The position numbers were made by a program, and so were the translations under genes. The notes under the pieces are model-generated. The model saw only the letters and a program-made list of their open reading frames with translations, did not search any database and was not told where the DNA came from. From positions 15,810,001-15,874,000 of the forward strand of contig JBHGNT010000014.1 in NCBI GenBank assembly GCA_043228905.1: a stretch of DNA of 64,000 bases. The letters are read 5' to 3'. The DNA comes from Azolla caroliniana. Taxonomy: Eukaryota > Plantae > Polypodiophyta. Within the stretch, counting starts at the first letter, position 1, and every line of letters starts with the position of its first letter. Positions 25,501-37,200 of this stretch are shown here, one piece after another.

Positions 25501-27792
25501 TGGACCAAATCGAGAGGTCTCGTTTCTCTTGGTGCTGATGTCGGGTGTGATGCGGCTGCTTGTTTGCCATACTGGCAATGCTCGCAGAATTGATGGTCGG
25601 AGAAGGAGAGTTTAGGGATGTATCCGGCTCTAGATAGATGCGTAATGCCGGCCTTGCTGAGGTGTCCTAATCTTCTGTGCCATAGTGATGACACAGGAAT
25701 ATCCACCAAAAACAGGTTACCCTCTCTGAGCGTAACATGTAACGGATACAGTGAGTGTATCTTGGGTCCTCTAGCAAGCAGGAGGTTCCCCCTGTGGAGT
25801 GTCCACCCTCCCGAAGAAAAACCGGCACGAATGTCGTCTTCATCTAGTTGTCCGACTGAGATCAATGGCCTTGAGAGCTCGGGTACATGTCGGACATTGT
25901 GAAGTACAAGTGTAGAGCCACCTGCAAGGTTGAGCTCTACTGTGCCGATTCCAATGATGTCACAGTGTTGCGAGTTACCGACTCGAACTGAGTCGGAGTG
26001 ACGGATCGTATATTGCCGAAATTGGGATCGATGAGGAGTCACGTGAAATGACGCGCTCGAATCTAAGAGCCATGTGCTCGATTCTTCAGTCGTGAGCAGA
26101 ACTTCTGATCCGACTGGATTTTCGATTGATAGTATATTCGGGTCGTTTGGTAGCACATCAGCTGAGAAGCTGACGTAATTGATCTCCTCATGCCGGCCAC
26201 TCTTCTTGTCTGATCTCTGAGACTTGTCGTTCTTGTTCTTGAGTGCGCGGCAGTCGGCTTTGATGTGTCCGGGTTTCTTGCAATAGTTGCAGATTCGATT
26301 ATCCCGTGACTGGCTCCGTCTTCGCTGATTGTTCGGCGGCCGTGAGGAATCTCTTCCTCGTATGTTCGATCGGTCTGTCGAACCTTGTACTACGTAAGCG
26401 TCGTCTGTTGAGTCTTTGGCGAAAGACTTTCTCCGGGCTGCTTCGGTCAGGATTGCGCTCGTGACTTCGGAGTATTTAACAGCCGTGGTTGACGCGTTGC
26501 ACACGGTTGTGACGAAAGTTTCCCACGATGAGGGAAGGCTGCTCATGAGTATCATTGCTCTGAGTTCATCCTCGATTGCCGTCCCCTGTGACGAGATTTG
26601 GGAGCTTATGCTTTCGTACTCATTGAGATGTGCTTGAACCGAATCGGATTCTTTCATCCGCAAGTTGTAGAGGCGCCGGATCAGAAACATCTTCGTTGCA
26701 GCGACCTTCTTTTCGTAGGTGTCCGACAGTGTTTTCCACAGTTCGAATGCTGTCGTACACGATTGCACCGTAAAGTATACCGATTCCGATAGGTGCATCC
26801 GAATCGTGGCGCGGACGATTCTGTCCAGCTTCTGCCACTCAATTGGTTTGTATCCTTCTGGAGGTTCTTCATTTTCGATGGGATCGATTTGCCCCTTGAC
26901 TATGAGATAGTCCTGCATTTGCTCCTTCCAGAAGTTGAAGTTCGATCCATCGAACTTTCGTAGACTCATTTCTGACGAGCCGGATGTTGATGCCATCAAA
27001 TTTGGTTTCGGTTGACGAAGCTCGGTTCGGAGTTGACTACGAACCTTGTTGGAGTGCAGCCGGTTGGCTCACCCGGTATCGTTCTAGTCGGATTTGAACC
27101 CGAGTCGGTTCGGCTTCGGATATATGTATTGTTGAACTTGCTCGAATTGACTCCGGTAACTTGAGGGACAGAACCGACTGGTCTTCCCGAATGTTGCCGA
27201 GTCGGAGTGAGCCCGGTTCGCTTCCGAATATATATGCCAAATACCGATTATTGAATCCGATTGTTTGGACCGATTCTGCTTCGGGTGACTGCAGCGACGA
27301 GAGAGACGGATCCAACTGATCCTCTCGAATGTCGATCAGCCGGATGAAGCACGAATTGGGGTTGTTGTCTTGAGACCGATCTGCACCGAGTGGTTACAAT
27401 GAGCAGCGAGCAGCGTTTGATGACCTCTTCGGATGCCGTTTAACCGAGTGGAGCACGATCGTGTCAATGTTGCACAAGGGGATTTCACCTCGAGCGGTTA
27501 CGATCACAAGAAACAGAGTACAACCGGCTGGCTTACTCCAAGCGAAGATGATCTAACGCGATGAGATGCAAGCCTCGTTTTTTTTTTTTTTTTTTCTTCT
27601 TCTTCTCTCTTCTTCGAATGACGCAGGAAACCGAATGATGTGCAGGCTGAGACGACGTCCGACAGCGGATTGAAGGACCGAATACTGTGCAGGCTCTGAT
27701 ACCAGATGTTGGTGACAAGGTCGTCTATGCGGAAGATCAAGAAGCATTCGATTCTGTTCTGAGTACCTGCGTATGACAGTTTCTACGATCTT

Positions 27793-27841
<49 letters not shown>

Positions 27842-28027
27842 CACAAAAGACTTTCTATTCAATAGAAGAAATAATACAACACCCAACCCTACAAAAAGGT
27901 TACAAGGTCACTATATATAGTGACCGACTTAGGGCAACTACCCTTTATGCTAATTACACAAATGGCCCAAACTTGAGCTATACAAAGGGATAGTGTGAAT
28001 ACGTCCATTATACACTTGTATTCGACA
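22452..28027 (-). mobile_element. Intact young Ty1/Copia element; 5' LTR 27707-28027, 3' LTR 22452-22770
   Basis: TSD CTACC at 22447-22451 and 28028-28032; tRNA-iMet PBS TGGTATCAGAGCC at 27704-27692; PPT at 22771-22777. By eye the LTRs differ by one substitution and one GA unit. Confidence 0.97.
22965..26999 (-). CDS. Copia Gag-Pol polyprotein (1344 aa)
   Basis: Uninterrupted ORF: zinc knuckle CNYCKKPGHIKADC, protease WLLDSSAS, GAG-pre-integrase LWHRRLGH, integrase HSDVCGP/TDNGGEF, RT YVDD, RNase H KHIDVRYHF. Confidence 0.96.
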   Translation of the reverse strand: MMASTSGSSEMSLRKFDGSNFNFWKEQMQDYLIVKGQIDPIENEEPPEGYKPIEWQKLDRIVRATIRMHLSESVYFTVQSCTTAFELWKTLSDTYEKKVAATKMFLIRRLYNLRMKESDSVQAHLNEYESISSQISSQGTAIEDELRAMILMSSLPSSWETFVTTVCNASTTAVKYSEVTSAILTEAARRKSFAKDSTDDAYVVQGSTDRSNIRGRDSSRPPNNQRRRSQSRDNRICNYCKKPGHIKADCRALKNKNDKSQRSDKKSGRHEEINYVSFSADVLPNDPNILSIENPVGSEVLLTTEESSTWLLDSSASFHVTPHRSQFRQYTIRHSDSVRVGNSQHCDIIGIGTVELNLAGGSTLVLHNVRHVPELSRPLISVGQLDEDDIRAGFSSGGWTLHRGNLLLARGPKIHSLYPLHVTLREGNLFLVDIPVSSLWHRRLGHLSKAGITHLSRAGYIPKLSFSDHQFCEHCQYGKQAAASHPTSAPRETRPLDLVHSDVCGPMPHQSLGGASYFVSFIDDSTRKVWAYPIRTKDCVFSIFSDWLAMVENQTDRKLKCFRTDNGGEFKSEEFVKFCRQRGIRREFTAPHSPEQNGIAERMNRTIQERIVSMLQHSRLSDGFWAEALLTVVHIINMSPSRPLGLQIPQELWIGSKPNYDKLRIFGCEAYALIPKDDRRKLAPRSRKCIFLGYGSDGEMGYRLWDPERRQIVRSSDVVFNESAMNPSVEKPIDVRRVTFSDVQTLQEGPALNTRSASRVAEPYTTDSDNSDSAQQNNSLSDHPTSIPDATSPIIPRRSERLSQPPERYSPGIFFTDAGEPTSYEEASTSVDSATWHLAMESEMHSIRANKTWDLVELPKNRRALPCKWVYRLKETSDSTTPKYKARLVAKGFRQEYGVDFDEIFSPVVKMTTLRFLLGVVAADNLELIQLDVKTAFLHGDLEEEIYMEQPKGFVATGQEHLVCRLRKSLYGLKQAPRQWYKKFDDFIQSIGFSKSDEDHCLFTNTAQDGSPIFLIIYVDDMLISGRHVSELADLIRQLRLKFAMKDLGPARHILGMKISRHRDKRHLFLSQTDYIGRVLERFNMQSAKSASTPLPMNLRLSQRDCPTSGPEGEDMKSVPYAPAVGSLMYLMVATRPDISHAVGVVNRFMHNPGRSHWNAVKHVFKYLAGTKDHGILFGPNSISGVVSYTDSDFAGCIDSRKSTTGYCFKFGNGAISWKSKLQECTVTSTTEAEYVAASDAAKEALWLGRLAHTFRQVDHDSAPVVYSDSQGVVALPRNPVHHNASKHIDVRYHFVRDCVISGKIGLEKISTTDNVADGMTKCLSADRFRSLRYQMGVTTNQSG

Positions 28028-29344
28028 CTACCCTCACCTATGTTATGTGTACATAACAATCTCCCAACGACACTACATCCTCAACTTGTTATACAAGTTC
28101 GGGATGACAAAGTGCAAACCTATGTCAACCCCTCCCGATCAAAACCTAAAGCTCAATGTTGACTCTAGGGCAGAAGAGTGTGAGCTGACTCAGTATCATC
28201 AGTTGATCGGTAGCTTAATGTATCTTACCATCACACGACCCGACCTCAGCTATTTGGTCGGTCTACTTAGCCAATTCATGCAAAAACCTCAGAATATTCA
28301 TCTGGATTCTACTAAGAGAGTACTCATATACGTTAGTGGGACGATGGATTATGGCATCCTGTATAAGTCAGAAACGGTCATTCGACTCGAAGGGAACACA
28401 AATGCAAACTAGGCCGGCTACAAGGACGATAAACAATCAACCTCGGGATTTATCTTCTCCCTCGATAGTGGAGCTATATCCTGGAGCAACAAAAAGCAAC
28501 CGATAGTTGCACTATTGAGCATAGAAGCCGAATATAGGGGTGTGGTTGTCATAGCATGTGAAGCCATTTGGTTGAAGAGAATATTGACGGATTTGGGCAT
28601 TCCCATCAAGGATCCGATTTTCCTTTACCATGAACAATATTCATTTGGCTCGGAACTTGGTGCTCCACGCAGGCATGAAGCATATCGAAGTGCACTATCA
28701 CTTCATCCAAGAGCGTGTTTAGGCTAGAGATGTTGATCTATGACACATCGGCACGAACCTTCAAGTAGTTGACATCTTCACAAAATCCTTAGGAGTCGAC
28801 AAGCTCAAGCAATTTATATTGGACCTTGGCCTAAAGATGGCCACATTGCCGAGCTTGAGGGGGAGTACAACACAACCGACGAGTACAACGTGGCAACCGC
28901 ATATTAGCCTACAAGTCGATCGAGGTTTACCAAAGGAGTAGTCGAAGTTGCATCACAACTGACCAAGGGGAGTCGAAGCACGAAGCCAAACTTATCAGAT
29001 AGGCTAGTTGAACAAGGAGCACGAAGTAAGTCGGACGAAGGAGAACATATACTAGTCGATCAGTCAAAGCCGACCCGACCAACCTTCTTCTCAGAGAACT
29101 GAGGAATTCAAAAAGCCAAAATGAGCCAAACAACATGATAACTTTCCGACGACCGGAAGTTGTGTTTGAAGGGGCGTATTGAGAGTCAAACCCAACTTCC
29201 CCGATGTAATGGGTTTCACACTAGCAATAGGACACACTAAGTTCATGCTAGTTTTGTAAATAGTAGAAAGGGCAGTTGCCCTGTAATTTAGTTATTGTTG
29301 GATATATTTTTTGTTGTAATTGTTTCTTGCTAATACAACTTCTT

Positions 29345-29381
<37 letters not shown>

Positions 29382-29388
29382 TTGTCTT

Positions 29389-29423
<35 letters not shown>

Positions 29424-29669
29424 TTCCTTCCACTGCACGAGATCACCTACACTCTCCATTTCTTTACAAATTTGTTGTTAGAGTTGGATGTGCATCTCTT
29501 GTGATTGCTCCACACGATGTTTTGCATATGGGTTTATGGAGCTTTCCATCTCCACTAAAGAAGACCAAATGTTGTGAAAAAGGAGTTTTTTTTTTTAAAC
29601 AAAATATCCTTCCATTAGTTTTAAAAAAACACATCAACTACAATGTTATGTTTTCTGTAGAGATTGTGC

Positions 29670-30190
29670 AACTATTGAAGCCACTCTCTATCCCACAACA
29701 CCTGATCTGAAAGATCATAGAATGTTTTTTGGTTTTTTCCAAGCTGGCCACATTTAACATACCTGTCCACCAAAGCATTCCCAAGTTCAATATTGTCTTC
29801 CAACAGTCTCACGATTTCATTGTGAATTTCTATGCCCTTATCAACTACCACTACACTGCCACGGTCCTTTAGCAAACTTACAAGGGTGTTTGCATCCGGA
29901 AGTAGTCCAATTACTGCAGTAGCATCTTCAAAAATGCCACATTTATGCCACATTTAGCACATGCATCAACTAGAATAGCCACAAGACACGAATCTGAATC
30001 AAACTCCCTTTCAATGATGTCATTATGGATTTCTTGCCCTCTTCTCATACTTTTAGGCTTATGCATGCCTTCAAAGTAAAAATATAGGTCACAAAAATTC
30101 GCATAGTCCCTTTCAACTACTCTTAGACTGCTATAGACATATGTTTGTCCCTGAGCATAAGAAATAATAGTTATACATTGACACATGCCT
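29670..30190 (-). pseudogene. Decayed PLS-class PPR gene fragment
   Basis: Frameshifted motifs RGQEIHNDII..LVDACAKCG and PDANTLVSLLK..DKGIEIH..LGNALVDRYVKCG. Confidence 0.75.
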
Positions 30191-30199
30191 CATGTTGGT

Positions 30200-31010
30200 G
30201 GAGGAAATAACCAGAGTGATGGCTGATACCTCCAACGTATACCACCATTAACCATGCAGAATACCTTCATCCTTTCCCATCTCTTCTTAAAAACCCACAA
30301 CATTCCATTGAATTCGCTGAAATATCCTTCGACATCTACTAGTCCACAAAACCCATATAATTATTGAACTAATCGTCTCCCAAACCACGCCATTTTGGAC
30401 TGAATTAATAGGCATGTATGATGACACTTCCTCAACATATCAACCTCTTGTATATATGCAAAGTTAACATTTTCTTTTTCATAATCTTGTACCTCACCCT
30501 TAATATTAGCCCACATAACTGCCCCCCATTTATATATTCTAGAGCCATAAACCTCATGCAAGAGACGTAAAAATATTTTCCAAACCAATTTGGCAGCCAT
30601 ACATGACCAAAATAGGTGATGAAGAGACTCCACTTCTAAACCACAAAAATCACACATCTTATCCACTTCTTTACAATGCATCCAAGCCCTAACAGGAACC
30701 GCATAATTAACCATCAACCATCTAAATAGAATAATCTTCTTTGGAATTTGCATAGCCCATAGCCATTTCCAAAATGTTGTCATGTAAGTAGGATCCACAT
30801 TATAAGTCAACCATTTTGTTGTTGTTGTCGGCCAATGGGGTACTCTACATCTTATCATCTCCCTTCCCAATCGAATGGAATACTGAAAAAACGGAATTGG
30901 CCTAACATCCTACCCAGAATATGATGTAGGCAACCACTTCCATTCTCCTAGGTCCCAATCCAGTTCACATTATTATAGGCAAACTCTACCATGGGGAGCA
31001 ACCAAATAAT
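30200..31010 (-). mobile_element. L1-clade LINE ORF2 fragment (zf-RVT region)
   Basis: ORF 30361-30870: FWKWLWAMQIPKKIILFRW..CDFCGLEVESLHHLFWSC. Boundaries are approximate. Confidence 0.75.
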
Positions 31011-31149
31011 CTTGTTGATGGGAGATCAAACAACATAAATATTGTCCAAGGTTTGATTAGTTCATTAAGTTTAACCATTGCTTTCTAGGTGATGCCAGAG
31101 GATAATGATTTATGGATTTGCAAGAGTTCCAAAAATGTTTCCGAAAACT

Positions 31150-34100
31150 CAGAGGAATTGTAGACCTTGATAACTAATAATAATATCTAGACTATGAAGG
31201 AGAAATTATTCTCGAAGTAGAAATGAGGTTGTAGCTTCATTCATAACAATTGGTGAATATAGAATAAAATATATCATTTTCGAGAACGATCAACAACCAC
31301 AAGAATGGAATCATAGTTATGAAATCGTGGAAGTTCAAGGATGAAGTCAATGGAGATGTTTTTGTATGGTCTCTTAGGTATTTGAAAGGGATGAACTAAC
31401 CCATGTAGCTAATGTCGAGGGGTTTTTCACTTGAGAACTACTATCACATGAATTGATGAAGGCTTGAATGGATTTCTAGACGGAAGAACACCAATCGTTT
31501 CTACTTATGAGCTCGGTTGTTTGAGTGAATCTAAAATGTCCAACCACAAGAGAATTGTGGAAAACTTGAAGAATTTCTTGATGGCGTGGTCCATCAGGAA
31601 TATATAATGAATTGTGCACCCATCATGCACTTGAAAAGAATCATAATCATGTATAGTTAAGGTGGATGATGGTATGGAGGAATCCAAATGCTTAGTAGCT
31701 CTTGTGCTGATGTATCTATATCCAATTAGCCATAGATTGTGCTTATAAAATATGTGTCTTGAGATGTTGAAAGGATGTGTCTTCATTGTTCTAGTTTTCG
31801 AAGAACATGGAAGAAATGGCATTGGTGCTCTAGTAAGGTATTTGAGTACATTCACATATCATCTAAATATATGGTTACAAAAACATCAAAAAATTCTTAG
31901 AAAACATCATTTGCCACGTGTTGAAAGGTTGATGGAGCATTGGTAAGACAAACAACATGATTGTATATTCAAAATTACCATACCAAGTGTGGAAAGAAAT
32001 TTTCCATTCATCTCTTTCTTGAATACAAATGAGAGTGTATGCCACATGAAGACCTATCTTAGTAAATCATTTGGAAGCATTTTAACATCTCTAGGAGTGG
32101 TAGAGGACATTAACATAGAATGATGACTTTGTTGAGGCCTTGGATAATCAACCACCAATTGTAAAGTATTATCTTTTTTCTTGACAAAGAAGATGGGTGC
32201 ACTTATTGGTGAACGAGAATGTCCAATGAATACAGAGACTCAATTTTCTTCTATGTAAACGTGAAGTGCTTCGAGATCTGTAGGTGATAAAACATAAATG
32301 GGCCCAAATGGAGGTGCAGTACATTGTTGTAGCTCTATTGAGCAATCATAGCTCGATGTTCTGGTGGTCATGTGGCCTTGACCTTGTCAAATACATCAAC
32401 AAACTCTTGATATTTCTTTAGTACATTTGGCATTGGTTTCGCATAGTGGAATGAACGGGATAAACTTGAATAACGAAGATTATTTGAGCATCATCTTTAC
32501 CGGATTGTATGAAGTTATGTAATGATAATATTGAGACTTGTAGTGGAGTCAGGGAACACGCCTTGTAAATAGAGGAAGAAGTAGATTCTTTATTGTCTTG
32601 AGATAGCAAGAGAGGATTGACATATGAAAGCTTACAAACGGTTGAACTAGAATAAGGAATAATATCAATAACTTGAGAATGCTTGACATGATTTGGGGAC
32701 ACATGAGAAGAAACATGGACAAAAGAAACAAGACTAGGTTCTTGATTTCAAGAGACATGATCAAGAGATATAAAACTGGAAAATAAGAAAGATTGAGAAG
32801 ACCAATCAATATATGCATTCCATAATTCAACCTAGGGTAACCTCAAGATGATTGGTACATGAGGGCTAGAAATTAGTCAAAACGATATTACGCATGGAGT
32901 CCCTTTGATTTTTACTTCCAAAGGTAGTGTACAATATGTTACAACACTTGAGGAGGGTTCACATACCTCCACAACTAGCATGTGTTGTAAGGCCATAATT
33001 GGAATTTGAGAAAATCGAGAAAACTCACAATCCATGAAACATGTGTTTGCTCCAATGTCAAGTCGTCCTCATGTAGAGCATTTCATTTCTTGAAACCATA
33101 ATTGTATTAGCAAGACTATGGTCTTACTTAACTAATTGTATGGAATGAAACCACCAGACAAAATACTTGATGGCCAATTGATGAGAGACGCCTACTCAAA
33201 CCAACCATCCTTGTGTCCAAACTTTGTGGGACACCACTTTTTGCCTTGTGTGGTTGTTTCATTTCTTAAGGGAGGGGGCCGTTATTAGAGTGATCCACTT
33301 TCATGGGCACTAGCCCATCACCATTTGTCTGTGATTGTGTACATGAGGGAGAGACTAGAGTCAATGGAAAGAATTGTATTCATGACTTTAACGCTCGTGC
33401 ATTCGTTTAAAAAAGCAATTGTCACATCGAACTACAAGCTCGATCATATCTTCTAAGGAATGTGGATCTAACATTATGAGCAATAGATCTTGGGCATTGT
33501 CACACAATCCATGGCGAAAACAATCTCATAGAGCCATATCATTCCAATTGGTGTTCATTGTTGTCCAACGAAATTATGAGGCATACTTCGATGCTAGGTG
33601 AAAACCATTTTCATATTTCTAATCCTAGTTACTACAGTTCTTTGACTATCACTTGAATCCCCAAAACATGACTTAAACTATGCAATAAAAGCTTCAAAAT
33701 CATGAATCTCAAGAGCATCCTTTTCTAAGATTGGATAAAACCATTCGATGCAAAACTAGTTAATAATGTTGCAATAGGACCTACACATGGTTCTTCAATA
33801 GGATATGCAGATGGATGTAATTGAAGGACTAGACATATATAATCTAGAAATTCACATAAATTAGATTGATTGTTGTCAAATGATGCAGGTAATTTAACCT
33901 TAGAACTTCATGGGGTTATTGAGAAGTGGAATCTTCCCTGGTTGACTATTCTCAGATTGTAGCTTGACGACCATCTACCAAATCCGTGCAATTTGTTGCC
34001 TCAATAATTTAGAATATCACGACTAGATATGCTTTCCTCCATAATGTTTGAGCTTTTTATGTACCTAGATAAATAGTACATTAAACATAAGTTGGATTCC

Positions 34101-34265
34101 AGTTCAATTTGTCATGGACCAATCTGAGAATCGAAAACAAAGATATACACGAGAAGGCCCACAATTGGTGTTGAACTAGAATGGTTCAACAAGAGTATGA
34201 GGCTTGCCTATATCTCTCCACTCAACCCAAGTGTTGAACATTCACATGTAGTAAGTTGACACATA
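31150..34265 (-). mobile_element. Heavily decayed Tcn1-like Gypsy element (gag, protease, RT and integrase remnants; 5' LTR from ~34265 to 34110)
   Basis: The minus strand shows LDIGANTCFMD (~33060), PPFGPIY/SPISAPIFFVKKKD (32320-32170), APMPF (~31830) and PYKNISIDFI (~31375), collinear with the element at 15175-19889. The LTR ends ...CATGACA at 34110. Confidence 0.8.
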
Positions 34266-37200
34266 GCTTCTTGACTAGTCATGTGTGTGTGTGTGCGCGC
34301 GCGCGTGTTCCGCCTTAAGACACAAGTTTGAGTGTGATTTGCATGTGGAATAACGATCACACTAACATTACATCATCCATGTTTGCACTCAGGCTTTGGA
34401 CAAAAAAGGATCCATTGTTGTTAATTTACCAATTTTGGAGACATTCATGTTTACATAAATGGGATTAGGTATATACGTGGTATGAATGTAACATATTTCT
34501 CTAAATTGATATTATGTTTCTAGAATATTGAGAGTACATGTGTAATGCTTTATTGATTGTTGCCACACAATGTATGACATTTCAATTTGCAATGGCAATT
34601 ATATTCATAGATGGTGTATGCCTTTGAAGGTAGTCATATTAAATTAACACATTTCATCCGGCATTTTCAATGGAATCCCTCATAATATCTTATTTTGATA
34701 ATGATAAGGTGAACCTCCAAACATTATTATGCGGAAGATATTTATCTAGACGAGCCAAGGGAAACAGGAAATCACATAATTGCATAAGATAATAATGGAA
34801 ACAACTAAGAGACGTCAGTGGAACAATGTGAACATGATTGGAGAATGTGCGTTCATTTTCGCATCACTTTGTATTCATGAGTCATAAAGGTGATCGTAGC
34901 CTCTTTATATCCATTTGACTAGAATTCAAAATATACTTTTCTTGAGAATTCCGTAATGCTCCTATTTCCGTAGGACTTTGTGTGTGCCATATGGTCATAA
35001 TCCTAATGTACTTTGATGTCATTCTAGATCAATAAATGAATTATTCCTCTTGATAATATACTTTGCATCTATTGAATTATTACTCGTATCGTGATAAAAT
35101 ATGCGAGTTTTCTTTGGTTTATACCTTGATTCCTTATGGATGCCACTTTGGGTATACGAAGACAATTCATCAATGTATACATGGTGGAATTTTTAGAATT
35201 ATATGAGAGGAATTCTTGGCGAGCACGTTGGTTTGTTTGACAAGGGAATTTTTTAGTGTCACCCAAAAACATGAGTTTTTAAATTTCTTAACATTCCATA
35301 GTTTTACTCGATCTATCATATCATGTCATTTTCTTCACTATTACCACACATGAGTATATTAAAGCGAGGGCACATTCACCTTAAGATTAGATGAAGGTTC
35401 ATACTTGGTTTTGGGGAGGAGCTAGATTAATTGCCCACCATAAAAGGGTGGTTTTCACTTTATTACAACTCTTCTTTATTTTCATTTGACAAGGTTACAA
35501 TTTTCATGAATGATTTGCATGTCTTGAGATGTGGACTAGTTGAGTGCTTTGATGTTATCACTTCATATGAGTAGGAAGACATTCTTTGGCATATTCTCTT
35601 TGATAAAGAAAGGTGCAATATATTTGTAGACTTTTGAGATTTGAAGAATTTAGCTTATAGTTCATCTCTTGATTGGAACACAAAGGCAAAGTCGTAAGGT
35701 TGTAGTATGTTTTAAGATTGTTGTTTAAGAGGTTGTTATCATTTATATGCGAAAATCAACAATCTAAATGCTCAATTTTGAAATCTTCGTCACCCATCCA
35801 TGAAATATCAAAGTTAGCATTACGACTACAGTGATTTACTTAATTTCTTATAATGCAACTAGCAATTCTCTACTTTTTGCGTTACTTTTTCATGAGCTAG
35901 TGCATATGGCAAGAAAACCTTTGTTTCGAGTTTTGTGGCCAATCTTCCATTAAGTTTTCTAGTGACCCAATTCCATAGAAGTTGATCTCTCGTATGAATC
36001 ACAAAAGATGGTGTCAAAATCTATCCACTTCATTCTAAGAGCAAAGAAAGTGGCAACATCAACATTATGCCAAGTCAAGTTAAACCTTGAATCAAGATAC
36101 GTTGAGAGGATCTCTACAAGTGTTTTTGTGGTTCAATGTTTCACCCCAACTACATTTATTCACCGATAGAGTCTTCCTTCCACATGACTATTGTTAGGTG
36201 GGTTTGAACTATCATCTATCCTGATGTTGATGATGTGGGTAGGTACGAGTGGTAAGCCATTTCTAAGCATATTATAGTCTTTACATTGCCTTATCTCACA
36301 CGTGTCTTCTCCCATTGGTTTTCTTATCTCTTGCAACTACGACAACCATTTAACAGTAAGTACGAAGAATTTATTGAAAAATCTTGAGAAGTGATGGCAA
36401 AATGTATGTCTATTCTCACCTCGAGGTCTACTTCACATAAAATAAATAGCTACATGGGTGGAAAAACCTTGAACTTTTTTAGGAGAAGTCAAAATGGCAA
36501 AGCATGCATGTACTACCCCTCAGAGTATTTGCCATATGTGAAGAAAGGCGCACCTCTTGCTTGGGCACTCAATGATGAAAGCATAATTTGAAATGCATGG
36601 CTTATTTGTTCAAGAATTTACAAACAATTATTTGAATGGCACAAGATGAAGAGGAGGTGTTGAGACTAGAAAAGACTGCCTTTTGTCCAATGAGATGCTT
36701 GATTGTCCAAACACCCATCTTCAATTGTTGTTACACTATTGCCTAAGAGGCCTTTAGACAACGGAATGAACCATTCCCAATGCTTGGCTATCTTGTCACA
36801 TTGGTCTTGTGGCTTTTGCACTAACCATACTATATAGTATGTAGCCTAAAGCAGTCGACTTCTTGGATGATACCATTGTACGACCACAACCAATAAGGTT
36901 GTAAAGCTCTAATTATAACTCTAACACAAGGTTTTCCTAGTATAATGAAGTAAATTACAACAGTGTTGAAGATGTTACCTAAATGTAGCATTGCATTAAA
37001 TCCAAACATATTACATAGCTTGCCATAATTCTAAATAAATAACATCTTTCTATAGAACTAGAGAGACCAAAAAAAGGATTAAAAGGTTATATGCAATTCT
37101 CAATTTAATATGGAATGAATAAGACAATAAGTAGTTTAAACTTCTTATCAAATTCAAATGGAGCATGGAAACATGTAGTTATGATGATGTTTGTTTCAAA

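Larger units (their letters stand above)
22027..28058. mobile_element. Solo LTR (~450 bp net) inserted in the old Copia RT
   Basis: TGTTAAG...CATAACA ends; 5-bp TSD ATCTC at 22022-22026 and 28059-28063. The host frame resumes as ISQRHYIL. Confidence 0.85.
10090..29420 (+). mobile_element. Old decayed Ty1/Copia element (outer host), split into ~10090-11109, 21473-22026 and 28059-~29420
   Basis: Integrase (VAERKIRHILEVARAM; IFGSIAYVHIP..LDPKSEKCILIGY). RT reads KYNANG|SVNRYKA across the first insertion, then LYGLKQAPRAW and MYVDDL. RNase H (SIEAEYR; KHIEVHYHF). PPT ~29168-29176 and a probable 3' LTR ~29177-29420. Many stops and frameshifts. Confidence 0.88.

Noticed and set aside
23118-26910. 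Many short antisense and alternate-frame ORFs within the Copia element
   Set aside because: Shadow ORFs of a GC-balanced long ORF, with no independent motifs.
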